This document shows positions 22,275 to 34,375 of a DNA stretch of 64,000 nt, piece by piece. The stretch comes from Pocillopora damicornis (Eukaryota). Location of the stretch: NCBI RefSeq assembly GCF_003704095.1, contig NW_020846109.1, positions 186,001 to 250,000 of the forward strand. Reading direction: 5' to 3'. Position 1 is the first letter of the stretch, and each line of letters begins with the position of its first letter. A model generated the notes under the pieces. That model ran no database searches, had not been told where the DNA came from, and saw only the letters and a program-made list of their open reading frames with translations. Both the position numbers and the translations under genes were made by a program.

Positions 22275-25200
22275 ATGGCAGTCCCGACGGTTAACGGCGT
22301 AGCACACGGTTAGTTAATAGTTCCTTTATACCCCATTTACTTTAAGCACACTTCAGCCGTAAACAATAATTTTACGAAGAAGTTTAGGATATGTTCAAAC
22401 ACCCCTACTTTGGAATTGTAGGGTATAAGTTAAACACATTTGCGACAACTTGAATATCATTGGTGATACTCCTCTGTTTATCATTTTCTTAGTGAACATT
22501 TTGTTCGGTGGTCGATGTGATTTAACTTTATTAAAGTGAAAAGCACCTTAACTGAATTATGCAATGGCTTAAGTTAAGAATCCACGTTTCGCTGCTCAAT
22601 GACAAAATTCATTCGTTATGTAATACAATGTGAGAACGTTAGTTAGATTTTCTAGACGAAGTCGTGTAGGAGACAACTTATTAGAGAGAGTTGGTGTGTT
22701 TTTGTCTAGGGTTTTCGGAAATGCAACCTAGTTTATTGTTCGCGACAAAATTTTCGTTTTGGGAGGAGCCAGTTGTAAACTCAAATCCAACCTGTTGCAA
22801 GAGTTTGAGAAAATTCACTGAATTCCTTTCTGAAGTAGAGAAAGGAATGCTAAAGTTGTTACGAAGTGTCTTTTAAAGGATAAATGGAAAGGAATACCAA
22901 GTTTACATTTGAGTTGAGGGGTAGTATTTACCAAGAGAGAGTGTTAGATTCACGTCAGGAGTGTTCTCTGTAGACGTCAAACCGCGGTCAGCAGTTTTTA
23001 GTTAGAGGGTAGAGGTTTCCAGACTTTCAGCTTTTTAGATTGACGTTAGATTTCACCGGAAAAAATCAATAAGTACGGCACTATCTTGAATTACACAAAG
23101 GAGGGAGGTCCTTTATTTCAAACACAAAATGTGGCTAAAAGATTTGTTTGCTAGCATCCCAAACGGAATGGTTATAAAGAAAAGACTTCAATTCACATAT
23201 ATCTATAGGACATACTAGAGAACGTTCAAACAGGAAGACAAAAAGTATCAAGGGAGTTTAAATACCGGAAACTTCCTTGCCTGAGGTTCAAACGTGGACA
23301 GCAACGGGCAATTGGCAAACATGACCACTGGAGTCTGGTCGCGTGACTCCTAGACATTTATTGTAACACATATTCAGAAACAAATGTGGATTTAAAACTC
23401 CCTAATGTGAAATCATCAAAACCCATGCATGGGTACAAATTTTAATAAATTGCTATTTAAGATCTCATCGGACCATTTGTCAATATCAAGGGAAAATACA
23501 AAATCCTGAAAAAAGAACACGAGGTATGGCTCAAGGGAAACTAGTACCAATGAGAGGAAGGTGTCAAAGTCATTGTCATAATCTGAAAGGCCTCTATCAG
23601 AGTGTTATCTTTTTGGTGGACATTTGTCTGGGATGTGGATATGCTAATTTTTTTCCCCACATTGTGTCCTGCACTCTTTACATTAGGACATTTATTAAAA
23701 CAGAGTGCAGTTTAAGAGGATTATGAGTTTGTATCATTTGTTTTAGGATTAAATCCAGAATATGTAGGATTTGTACTAATTTTTCATGTGCTGAAGGTAC
23801 ACTGTATTTTCCTTTTCCATCCTGAAGAATCAACTTCTTAGACTTGGTTGTTAAAAATAAATATAGATTTGGAGTTTAAAAAAAGTTTTATTGTATTTAT
23901 TGATTTATCTTGACTGTTTTTTTTTTTAGATTTACAAGTGGAAGTGAGCAACTTGACTTTAAATGGCATACCAGCAGAGAAAACTACAAAGGATATCACA
24001 GTTTTTCAACAGAAGACAGGTAAGCCTTTAAAATTTGTCTTTTTACTTTTTAGGTCACCTAAGTGAAAAGTTTCCAGTCATGCAATTTTAATTTTAGAGT
24101 AGCCAGCTTTGTCTATAGGTCATAAATACAGGTTTAGAAGTACTGCCCTCATTTTATGCTTTTAAAATACAGTGGAACCCTGCCTTATGGCCACTCTTTT
24201 ATGGATGGGCAAAACAGCTGTACATTTTCTCATAAAAATACCTTTTTTAATGCAGTCATCTGTTAGTATGGCCAACAGCCACATTTCAAAATCCCACACA
24301 GTAGAATCCTTGTTAATCTTATTCAGATAATATGGCCACCAGTGCTAAATTTAGAAAACCTAATGCCTGATATGTTGATTTCATTGCTTTCTGTTGTTTT
24401 CTCATCAAACAACCAATTCATTTACAAGTAAGAAACACTCCTTCCTGTTTTCATCAGAAACACGATAGGAGCATCCACTCAGGAAACTGTGAAATGATTA
24501 GGAAATTTGACCCTGCCTCTGTAATACGGCCACTTTGTTAATACAGCCAGTTCCTTTTTTTGCCCATTGATGACTGTACTAACAGGGTTCATTAGATATG
24601 TTTATTCTGGATTATTGTAATATTTTCACAAAAGCGATATTGAACAGTCTTACACTGTTGTCAGCAAAAATACAAATTCTCAACACTATTTCAAGCTCAG
24701 CCATGTTAAACAAGAAGTTCAGCATTCTCCTTTTCAGGCAGTAACCATGAAAATTAACCAACTGTAGTAACTCTTCTTATGGCCTAAAATTGCTTGCTTC
24801 AAAATCCAAGCAGTAAAATTAAATAAATTATAGTTGTTTACTTTAAACTAGTTTCCCTCAGTTTTAGGGAAAGCAATGATTAACAGGTGTGGATTAGTTG
24901 ATGGTGTCTGATTTATGTGATATATATCTTTTTGAAAACTTGAGGAACATTTAAGGTCAAAGCGGGATTGGCACAGATGGCTAAAGGAGGTATTATAATG
25001 GATGTTACTACAGCAGAGGAGGCCAGAGTAGCTGAGAATGCTGGGGTAGGTTTTGAAATTATTTCCTTACATTTAATATCCTTGTTGTAGGTTAGTCTGT
25101 TAAAAATACTTAATTTTGAACAATTTTAGAAATGCTTGAAAATGAATCTATGACTTGATTTTGTTTGGGCTATTTTGGCACATGATTATTATAAACAAGT

Positions 25201-27175
25201 AAACAAATGCTGTGCTCTGGTCTGTGTTTTAGTTACATATGCCTGGATACAGGTCACAATTGACTGCATGGATACTACAGTGACCTTCATTAAATGTCAT
25301 GTAATCATTCTGTTCTCTGTGTTGAGGATTTAGATCTCTCCTATTGCTGAATATGTGCCATTTTGTTTTGGTTTTCATTAACTTAAACCCAAAAGCTGAT
25401 AGATTTTGTGTAAAAAAAGTCACATGCACACTGTACATCACTCAAGGTGGTATCATTAAGGAAAGGTGCCAGCATTTCAGTTGTGGTTAATGGCTTAGGT
25501 TATAATCTAGAATTCTTGTTCAAGTTGTCAAGTTAAAATTTGAGTGGCATTTAACACTAGATATGTTGTCTTGTATTTGCAAAGGCATGTGCTGTAATGT
25601 CTTTAGAGAGAGTGCCAGCTGATATTCGTAAGCAAGGAGGTGTAGCAAGAATGACTGACCCTAAGGTACTTAACAATTGCATCTTTACAGTTCTAGTCTT
25701 GCATTTAATTAAGATTTGTTCAACCTTGGCGACCATCTACTTGGTCCGTTACTTCACATTTGAGTCATTCTATTCTGTTGTAGAGAACAAAAGAAATCAT
25801 GAATGCTGTCACAATCCCAGTGATGGCTAAGGCCAGAATTGGACACTTTGCTGAAGCACAGATTCTGGAGGCTATTGGTGTTGATATGATTGATGAATCG
25901 GAAGGTTAGTTGGCCTTCTTAACCTAAATATACCCTTGGATTTCTGCAAGTATCTCTTAGTCTCATTGGTACCTGACAGACAAATACAACGTGTAACGGG
26001 ATTGTCAGATAGCTTTTAATTAGGAGGATGTACGGTTTGAAGAAGAGAAATTTCTCAGCTGAGTAAAAGGGTTTGCTAGAGCTGCCCTGTAATTTTCACG
26101 GTGTAACTAAGGTTACAATTTGAGGTCAAAAGGACATTTTTGTATGGGGTTGTTTGTGGTGAAGAAAGTCTTATTGTAACTGATGTTGGTATTTATACAT
26201 CAATGTTTGTTGAATCCAACAGTGTTGACACCGGCTGATGAGTCACATCACATTGACAAACATAAATTCACTGTGCCCTTTGTGTGTGGTGCAAGAGACT
26301 TGGGAGAAGCCCTTCGAAGAATTGCAGAGGGAGCAGCTATGATAAGGACTAAAGGACAAGCAGGGACAGGTGAATTCATTTTTACATGAAAGTATTTCAT
26401 CAATTGAACAGAGATACATGTAAGGGTAAGAAAGAATGAAAAAAACAGCCTAATTGTGTTCTGTAGCATTGTTGAATGTTCATATTGAAATTTCATTCAG
26501 AGTATTGACTATTATTGTACTTTATAATTGTATTTTTTTGTGTGTGTCAGGGGAAGGTTTTTAACTGTACCTAAGTGTGTAAGATGCTTTGACTATTAAA
26601 AGTCAAGCTAGAAAGAAACAATGAGCAAATAAGTGCTAAATTGAAGCAAAGTTATAGCAACGTCCCATATTTGTCTAAATATTCTCTACTTATAGGTGAT
26701 GTTGCTGAAGCTGTTCGTCATGCAAGAACCATTCGCAATCAGATTCGCCATGCTCAAGCCCTAGACTCAGCAGAGTTGTTCACCTATGCAAAAGAGCTTA
26801 GAGTTTCTTTTGAACTTCTTAAAAAGACTGCTGAAATGGGGCGTCTTCCTGTAGTTAACTTTGCTGCAGGTGGTCTTGGTAAGTATTGGTTTGTCTCACT
26901 CTTGATTTCAATGCCATTATTTTAACAGTTCTGTGGTAAACTTGTTTTTATTCCTTATAGCTACTCCAGCCGATGTGGCTTTACTGATGCAGCTCGGGGT
27001 GGATGGTGTCTTTGTTGGCTCTGGAATCTTTAAAAGTGACAACCCCAAGAAAAGAGCATGGGCAATGGCTCAGGCTGTCACTCATTATAACAACCCCAAA
27101 AAGCTTGCTGAACTCAGTGAGGATTTAGGAGAGGCTATGTTTGGAACGCCAGTTTCTGCTACTGCACACAAGTGA
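22275..27175 (+). CDS. PDX1: Pyridoxal 5'-phosphate synthase lyase subunit (PdxS/SNZ), about 8 exons
   Basis: Exons approx. 22275-22308, 23930-24019, 24945-25045, 25585-25665, 25784-25904, 26223-26369, 26697-26878, 26961-27175. [72 protein letters not shown]. The first two exons are less certain. Confidence 0.93.
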
Positions 27176-29344
27176 TATGTTCTTACAAATTGTGTGCATA
27201 ATTGCTAGCTAGATAGTATGGATTTTCTCTCAAATTCCATTGAAGCAAACAACTATGGGAAAGAGAGAGAAAGAATCTTAACTAATAAATAACTAGTAGT
27301 ATTTAAAGTGGTAGTTATAAATTTCTTTAGGGTAGTTCTGGGAATATCTAGTTTGGTAGAGGTTCTCTCAAGATGTTTCCTTGTCTTGTGAACTTGGTCA
27401 TTGTTGTTGCTGATAAAAATTTAAGGTCTAATGATCAGGGTATAATAATATCACAAAATGCAATGTTAGATTTAAAGTCTCTCAAGGCATCCAAGGCTTT
27501 TTCTCATCCCATTTTATTTAATATGCTTCTTTTAAATATATCATTAGAAGTAGAATTAGTGACAAAGTGTTTCAGACGGTGCATTTAAGTGGTGTGCTGA
27601 ATGCTGATGTATGTGATTTATCCTATGGTACACTCATTATTGCATAGCAACAGACCCACACTTCAACAGGCTTAGATTAACCTGTATTTAAATTATTTTT
27701 ATTTATACAATTGATATGCTGCATGTATACAAATTACTTGTAGTATCATTAGAGGTTTAAACAATGTTGGTTATATTATTGTGAATATAACTGTGGCAAT
27801 CAGGTAACATGGTTACACTGACTGACTCAGACACTGGGTTTTCAGTTATTGGGAGTAGTGATCAGAGATTGAATTCTGTGGCTATTATGCTGAGTTCTTG
27901 GGCTTAATTTTGATAGGTTAGGCTTGTTGCTATAATGAAGTGGAAAATATGCGAGATGTTCATAGGCCTTTTATGCATTTTATTAGTGGACCTAGTGAGG
28001 GATTCCTAAAAGCTGGAATACCTTGGGCATTTTCTTTTTATTTTAATGTCAAATTGCAAACGGTTAAGTTTCATAATGCTTTCTTTTTATTTTAATGAAT
28101 CAGAAGTTACACCTGCTTCTGTGGAGATACACACACCTTTATATTTATACACTATTATTTTAATGGTTAATTTTGTCCACAGACAGTACATGTGCATCAG
28201 AGATCTTGTGGTTGATGGTCACAACAGCTTTTTTGTTTGTTGTAATTAATGATCAATAATGTCATCAACTGCCTGAGATCTGCTTTTGATTGAAAGTGTT
28301 TCACCAGGTTTTCTGTTGTCAATTGACATGGGATGGTAAAGCCCTGACTTTGAGCCGTTGGTTAGGTTGTGTCATGAAGATTTTTATCAACCCTCCCAGA
28401 CCCACACTTACAGTGCTTGTTGTCAGTTGAATTTTTTGTGTGTAATCTCATTGGTTATGAGTTATTATCGTCATTTGGGACAAAATAAGCTGGTCATTTT
28501 TCTCTTACATTCAAGAAATAGATAAGTTGAACTTCATAACTATTAGGGTGGTATGGTCAACATACTCGTATATTACTGTATTCGTGATCAATAACCTGGA
28601 GGTTATAGGCTTAATTCAAGCACAGCTTAAATAAAGGTTTACATGATATTTAAATGGTGACCTTGAAATATTTGCATGAAATTCCTGTAACTTGGTTACA
28701 CTGTATTCATCTACTGTATGATAAAATTGCTCAGATTATACCCCTGTGCAACACTGCAATTCTGGCTGCTTGTTTGAAACTCCAACTTGCAACCATTAAT
28801 AATTTCAAAAACAGGAGCCTGCAAAACATGAGGTGTCACTAAACTCTTAATGTTATATTAATTTGGTGGCAACTTTGTTGTCATGTTTGTATACTGCAAA
28901 GGTGTTGTCTACTTTGTTTTTGAATTACTGTTAATTTGAAAGTACACTTGTCACCCTCGGACTTAACCTTAAACACGACACTGTTAACCCTTTCAAAAAC
29001 TCATTAATAATTCATAAGCCCATTAACCTATCAAATGGTAAATAGTGACTTTATATCTTTCAATAAACCTCATCCTTATTAGTATGCAGTGTTTTATCAG
29101 ATATAAAGACACTGCACATGACTTATGAATATTAATTATCAACACAGAAACTGACACAACAAATGGTGGGAACATTTAATGTTCTTTCAACAAATTTCAC
29201 ACAGTAAATTTACTTTTGCACCAAATTAATAGTACAGTTGTGAAATACACATCTGGAAAAATTCTCTATTCCATTAGTACAGTAATCTGGTAAAGGCATA
29301 TTAGACAATACATCATCATTGTATGCTAATTTCTAACAAAAGCA

Positions 29345-29500
29345 TAATTGTTATGAACTCTCTTGACACACGCTTTTCCAAGAATGTTTTTGAAGCCGTT
29401 CAAAAAACTTGCAGCATGTGTTTTATCGGGTCAAAAATCACTCGGCTACGCCTCGTGGTTTTAAACCCAATAAAACACTCTTGCTCGTTTTTTAAACTTT
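29345..29500. repeat. Short hairpin repeat sharing the CACTCGGCTACGCCTCGTG core
   Basis: Arms GTGTTTTATCGGG (29418-29430) and CCCAATAAAACAC (29466-29478) flank the core at 29439-29457. Confidence 0.6.
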
Positions 29501-30130
29501 ACTTTAACTCTCAGAAGTGATTAACATGTGACTTCTCCCTATTATATCCATACATCATCCAACAAAACTCAAACTTATCAGGTACAAGATTGATTGAACA
29601 CCAAATTCTTGCAGCTAATTTACAAAAAAAAAATGTGTAGCACCCAGAAGAGAGAATTCACCATCAGGTCTTGGGAATTAAAGGGTTAAAAAGCATGGAT
29701 ATTTAATTCACATATGGATTAACATTTTTCTGTTATTATAGTACCTCTGACAAATAGCTTTTGAATTTGTGCATACACAAGATAAACTCCTGCCACAATC
29801 TTATCCCAAATAATATCTTGAGTACCTTTCCACCAAATACTGAAATGTTTCATCAAGCCCTGAAGGCTGTAATGCATTTCCTTGAATAAACACCCATGCT
29901 CTAAGTACCCTCCCTAATATAGGCACCCACTTTCTGGGCTTTTGAGTCAATGTGTGCAACCCCTCCTCCCTCGTTTTCTTGGTAAAGACACTGGGAAGAC
30001 CTGTTTCTATTGCCATGTTCTTTATACCTTGTTGAGCTTCAATTAACAGCTGAATCCGAAAGAGTCAAAAAGTTCCTGATAAGCTCTCCATGTGATTAAT
30101 CACCTTCCTTCCAATAAGTACCCCTCCTTC

Positions 30131-31427
30131 AAGCTAATATAGTATATCGGTAACAGGGCACTTATTGGAGGAATAAATGATTAATTACCAAAGCTTCTAT
30201 ACTGAGGGCTTATTTGAGAATGACTGGATTTGAGAAGTGTTTGATAGAAGAAGAGCTTTTTAATAATACATTGAGTGCCAACATTTTGTGTATTTTTCTT
30301 CTGAACTTTTCATCAGCTTTAATGAATACCGAATAGACACACAGCAACTTTGGTCAAGAACACCCCACCAAATCACAAGCGGATACACAGTTTTACAAAC
30401 AAAAATATTTTGTCTAGCCTAACTGTTGGGCAACTAATAAAAAGTAACAATATGCATAGCCTTATCAAAGCACCATAATTCCCTGTCTTTATTCTAAGGA
30501 TTTGTTCGGAGGGAGGGGCATGAGGAGGGAATTTTAAAGAGAGTACCATTATTTTGAGATTAGTTCAAGGACTCCCTTAAGTAGTTCAGTTTATGGGATT
30601 CCCCTGTGCTCAATTTCTTAGCAACAGTTTGTAAGCTGCTTGGAGGCTTAGGCTGCTTTGGAGGTTTAAGCTGCTTTGAAAGCTGATCCCACCCTCCCAT
30701 GGTCTTGGCTCAGGAAGTGACAATAGGCCATTTTACAGTTGTGTCCTTAGTTGCCAAGCCTTTGATTTGGAGTGAGGCTGAAGGTGACCTTGCTGTGATG
30801 GAGACCGGTATCTAGTTAGCATGATAACAAACTAATTTGCATTTGAAAAGCATAACAAGGTCAACTTTAGCCTCACTCCTGTTCAAAGGCTTGGCAACCA
30901 AGCACACAACAGCAAAATGATCTAATCAAGTAACCATTCACTGGCCAGTACCAGTCAATCCCACTGTTTATACAGTGTTTATACAGGGAAAAGAAATAGT
31001 CTCTTATGGCAAACATAAGAACATTGGTAGCATTCTTCATAGATTTTAATTTAGACAAAATCAAATGATTCTGTGACATGACACATTTTATTAATCTAGT
31101 CACATACTATATAAAGTTAGTAACAACATCTTTACTGTAAAGGACTGTTCTTCCCTGTGCTATCATTTTCACTGAAAACTAGCACAAATATCACAAGCAT
31201 TTATGTGCTTTACCGCTGCTGTTGTATGCAATGGGCCCCATTTTAACAATTTTTCAAAATATTTCAGGGTGTTTCTGAGCCTTGGCTCTTCATAAGTGAG
31301 TTTTACAGAGATATACTTATGTAGCATGTTATGCTTACTTATCTTTAGCTCATAGAACTTTTTTGTAACCTGGCACAGTTCTGGTACTGAGATAATAGGC
31401 AAGCTAAAAATTGTGGGCAAGGTCCAA
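30131..31427. repeat. Inverted paralogous segment of 36799-38386 (3' flank of caspase A)
   Basis: Reverse complement aligns collinearly with 36799/36951-38386, with many substitutions and indels. Confidence 0.85.
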
Positions 31428-31527
31428 NNNNNNNNNNNNNNNNNNNNNNNNNNNNNNNNNNNNNNNNNNNNNNNNNNNNNNNNNNNNNNNNNNNNNNNNN
31501 NNNNNNNNNNNNNNNNNNNNNNNNNNN

Positions 31528-32776
31528 GCCTTCAAATGGACACTCCACAGGTCCACTGAGCTTGAAAGAATATTCGAGGGGAGAAAATCTCCTTAAGGAG
31601 AGATCTTCCCCCCTCTCTGACTCCAACAAGAATTGCAGGTGACCTAACACATTCAGTGGTTCTGTAAACCCCTAATAAGGAAAATGGACAAAACCAAATT
31701 GCCGTGAGTGTAACTGATTAAATTTTTAAGTGGGACTGATTAATGTGAAATTATTGACTACTTACAGGTTTGTTTGGGTGCGGTGGTGGATTTTTTACCC
31801 TGGCCTCATCATGTTGTTTTGTGTTGTAGGCGGAGGCAAAGCGAAACACAGCCTGTTGTTTTAGGGCTTTTATTTTAAATATGAGGCCCTTCATTGTCAT
31901 TCCTGGGAGTAAAAAAGGACATTGAAATTCACTATGTACCAAATGTAAGAATATAATATCAATGCAAAAGTGAAGTAAACTAAATCTTGTGGTCTGTGAC
32001 TTTGACCACAATCAAAAACAATGACTCAAACAAGGAATCTGTGTAAAGCACCTTTAAATTCATCGCTTTCCCCTTTTTTCATTTTTTCAAGTTCTGTAGG
32101 AAAAAAAGAAAAGTTTAATTCACATACCGTGACATGTGATCAATTGGTTTATTGCATGCAGAAAATTGAAATTAAAAGTAATCACCTTTCTCAGCATCCC
32201 CGATCGAAATGTTGAGACTAGTGTCTCTGAAATCTTGCAGGTACCCTGCAAAGCCCTCTATGGCATGGCAATTCTCCATTGTTTGGAGGTTTTTTTCTAC
32301 CCTGTAATTGTATGCTGATTTTATGCCTTCCAGTTAGGTTGTCCTGTTGTCTGGACGGAGGTCGCTGAAAATTACGAAGAGAATAACAGTCACTTTTGTG
32401 CGGTCAAAAAAAATACTTTATTTTAATTCTCATAGATAACCACCGAATTATGTGGCTTTCCACACGAAACTTGCCACAAAGCTCATTTCTTTAACAAACC
32501 TTTTGTTTCATCGTTCATCAGAAATAATCTTTTATATATTTTGATTATCATTTCCCCCTTTATGCCGTAAACATTGCTTCGATTAATTGATATACTGACT
32601 TTTCCATAGGAAAAGATATGCTGAGATCCTTACCGATAGAGGGATGAACTTGTGTCCAGATGTTTTTCAAAAACATCCTTAACATACAACGACCATGTTC
32701 CACTTTTTTCCGACCAGCCGCCCAGACGGCACAGGGTGGCCACACTTTCCCTGGGAAAAGTACCATTGTTTTTTAA
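31528..32776 (-). pseudogene. Second, diverged copy of the YR-zinc finger element (partial, gap-bounded)
   Basis: Reverse complement matches about 1610-2892 including introns: KNNGTFPRESVATLCRLGGWSEKSGTWSLYVKDVFEKHLD..ELEKMKKGESDEFK..GMTMKGLIFKIKALKQQAVFRFASAY..LKFLLESERG-equivalent..CPFEG. One exon has an in-frame TAA (TAC in copy 1) and a 1-nt deletion. Confidence 0.88.
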
Positions 32777-32876
32777 NNNNNNNNNNNNNNNNNNNNNNNN
32801 NNNNNNNNNNNNNNNNNNNNNNNNNNNNNNNNNNNNNNNNNNNNNNNNNNNNNNNNNNNNNNNNNNNNNNNNNNNN

Positions 32877-32918
<42 letters not shown>

Positions 32919-34375
32919 TTTATTCATTTAGCTTCAAACCATGTTTGATTGTCCACCTGGTTGCCTTATGAACTTTAATATATCAGAATAATATGACCTG
33001 ATTAAAGAAACAGGCTCTAAAAATCTGACTGTTCGATTTTAGAGTCAAACAACATTTTCTAGGAAAGAAAATAGCAGCGGGCCAACTTAAACCTTTATTG
33101 CTACGGAGAATTCATAGCCGACGTAATGTGACTTGACTTGGTTAACCTTTTAAAGAAAAAAAGGAAATATAGAAAAGAGAATCTGTTATTCTTGGAAAAT
33201 TACCGTGTAAATGCAGATCTTTCGCGGTTTTGCAAAGGTTTAAGTATAGTTAAGTTGGTTGAACACCGTTTTATGGGCAATCTCGTAATGTCGAACATCA
33301 TCGCCAATTACATATAGAAAAACAAGCTTTTCTTAGTCATGGTCTGCGATGATTGATCTGATTTATTTGTGACATATACGGGGTGTTATAAAAGTTGTAT
33401 TTTAGTTTCAATTTTTCCTTAATTTGGTCTTTGTTAAATAGGAAAGTTAAAAAAAGTAATTTGAGACGTAATCCGGAATATGCAGGGGTAGAATCTGGAA
33501 TCCACAGCGTGGAATCCAGAACCTAATACTGTCCTGGATTACCTTTCATGGGGCGACACGTTCGGAAAAATCTGTAAGACCCATTCTTCTAATCGGTAAA
33601 GGACGGGTAGGAAGCGGCTGCACACAGGTTAGCCTACGTGTAACCGTACCTACATTACATTCTCCAAAAATATGTAGTTATGGTTTCGGACCTGATTACT
33701 GACTGACGCACTTTTTTAACTAGTATCGATCTCTTTATAAACATTTATAGAAAACAGGGAAATTTCAGAGACACCTTAATTCTTAAGAAGCCTGCGTGAT
33801 GTAAAATTTGTCTTTTTGATCTTTATCAACTCGCTGCCCGCAAGCTGAGAAATCTTCTACAACTGACTGATAAGTAAAGTATTTAAAATCACGCCTACAG
33901 AACGAATTAAAGAGTAAAATATGATGTCAAACAGATATTTTTAATTACGGAAACCGAAATCTTGTCACACAATCTGAAACACTGGTGTTTACTAAATTTA
34001 ACAAGGACACTATCTGAAGGTCAAAAGCAATGAATCTATGAATCGTTCTGAAACAGGAAAGGCAACCTCCGAGGTGCAACGAGAGAGAAAACACATGACT
34101 TGAAAAATCGGAGTAAAAATTAACGGAACTCTCGAAAGTAACAGCATTCAGTTACGACTTAACATTCATGGCACTAATTTGAATTGAACTTTTATTTTCA
34201 GACGTTACAGCATCACGTAGCTTTTTTGAAATAACGACAATTCATTCGTGCTTTGTTATTGGATTTTCGGTAGAATAACTGACGCTCATCAGGACTTGCG
34301 TAAGGACACCCAGCCTATAAACACGACACATCTTTCCTATATAGTTAAAACTAACGACGGAGCAGTAGGTGAACG

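Noticed and set aside
20017-27175. Bacterial contamination as the source of PDX1/PDX2 (and ICL, rhodanese)
   Set aside because: All have GT-AG introns, some containing host repeat families, and are interleaved with metazoan genes and eukaryotic tRNAs.
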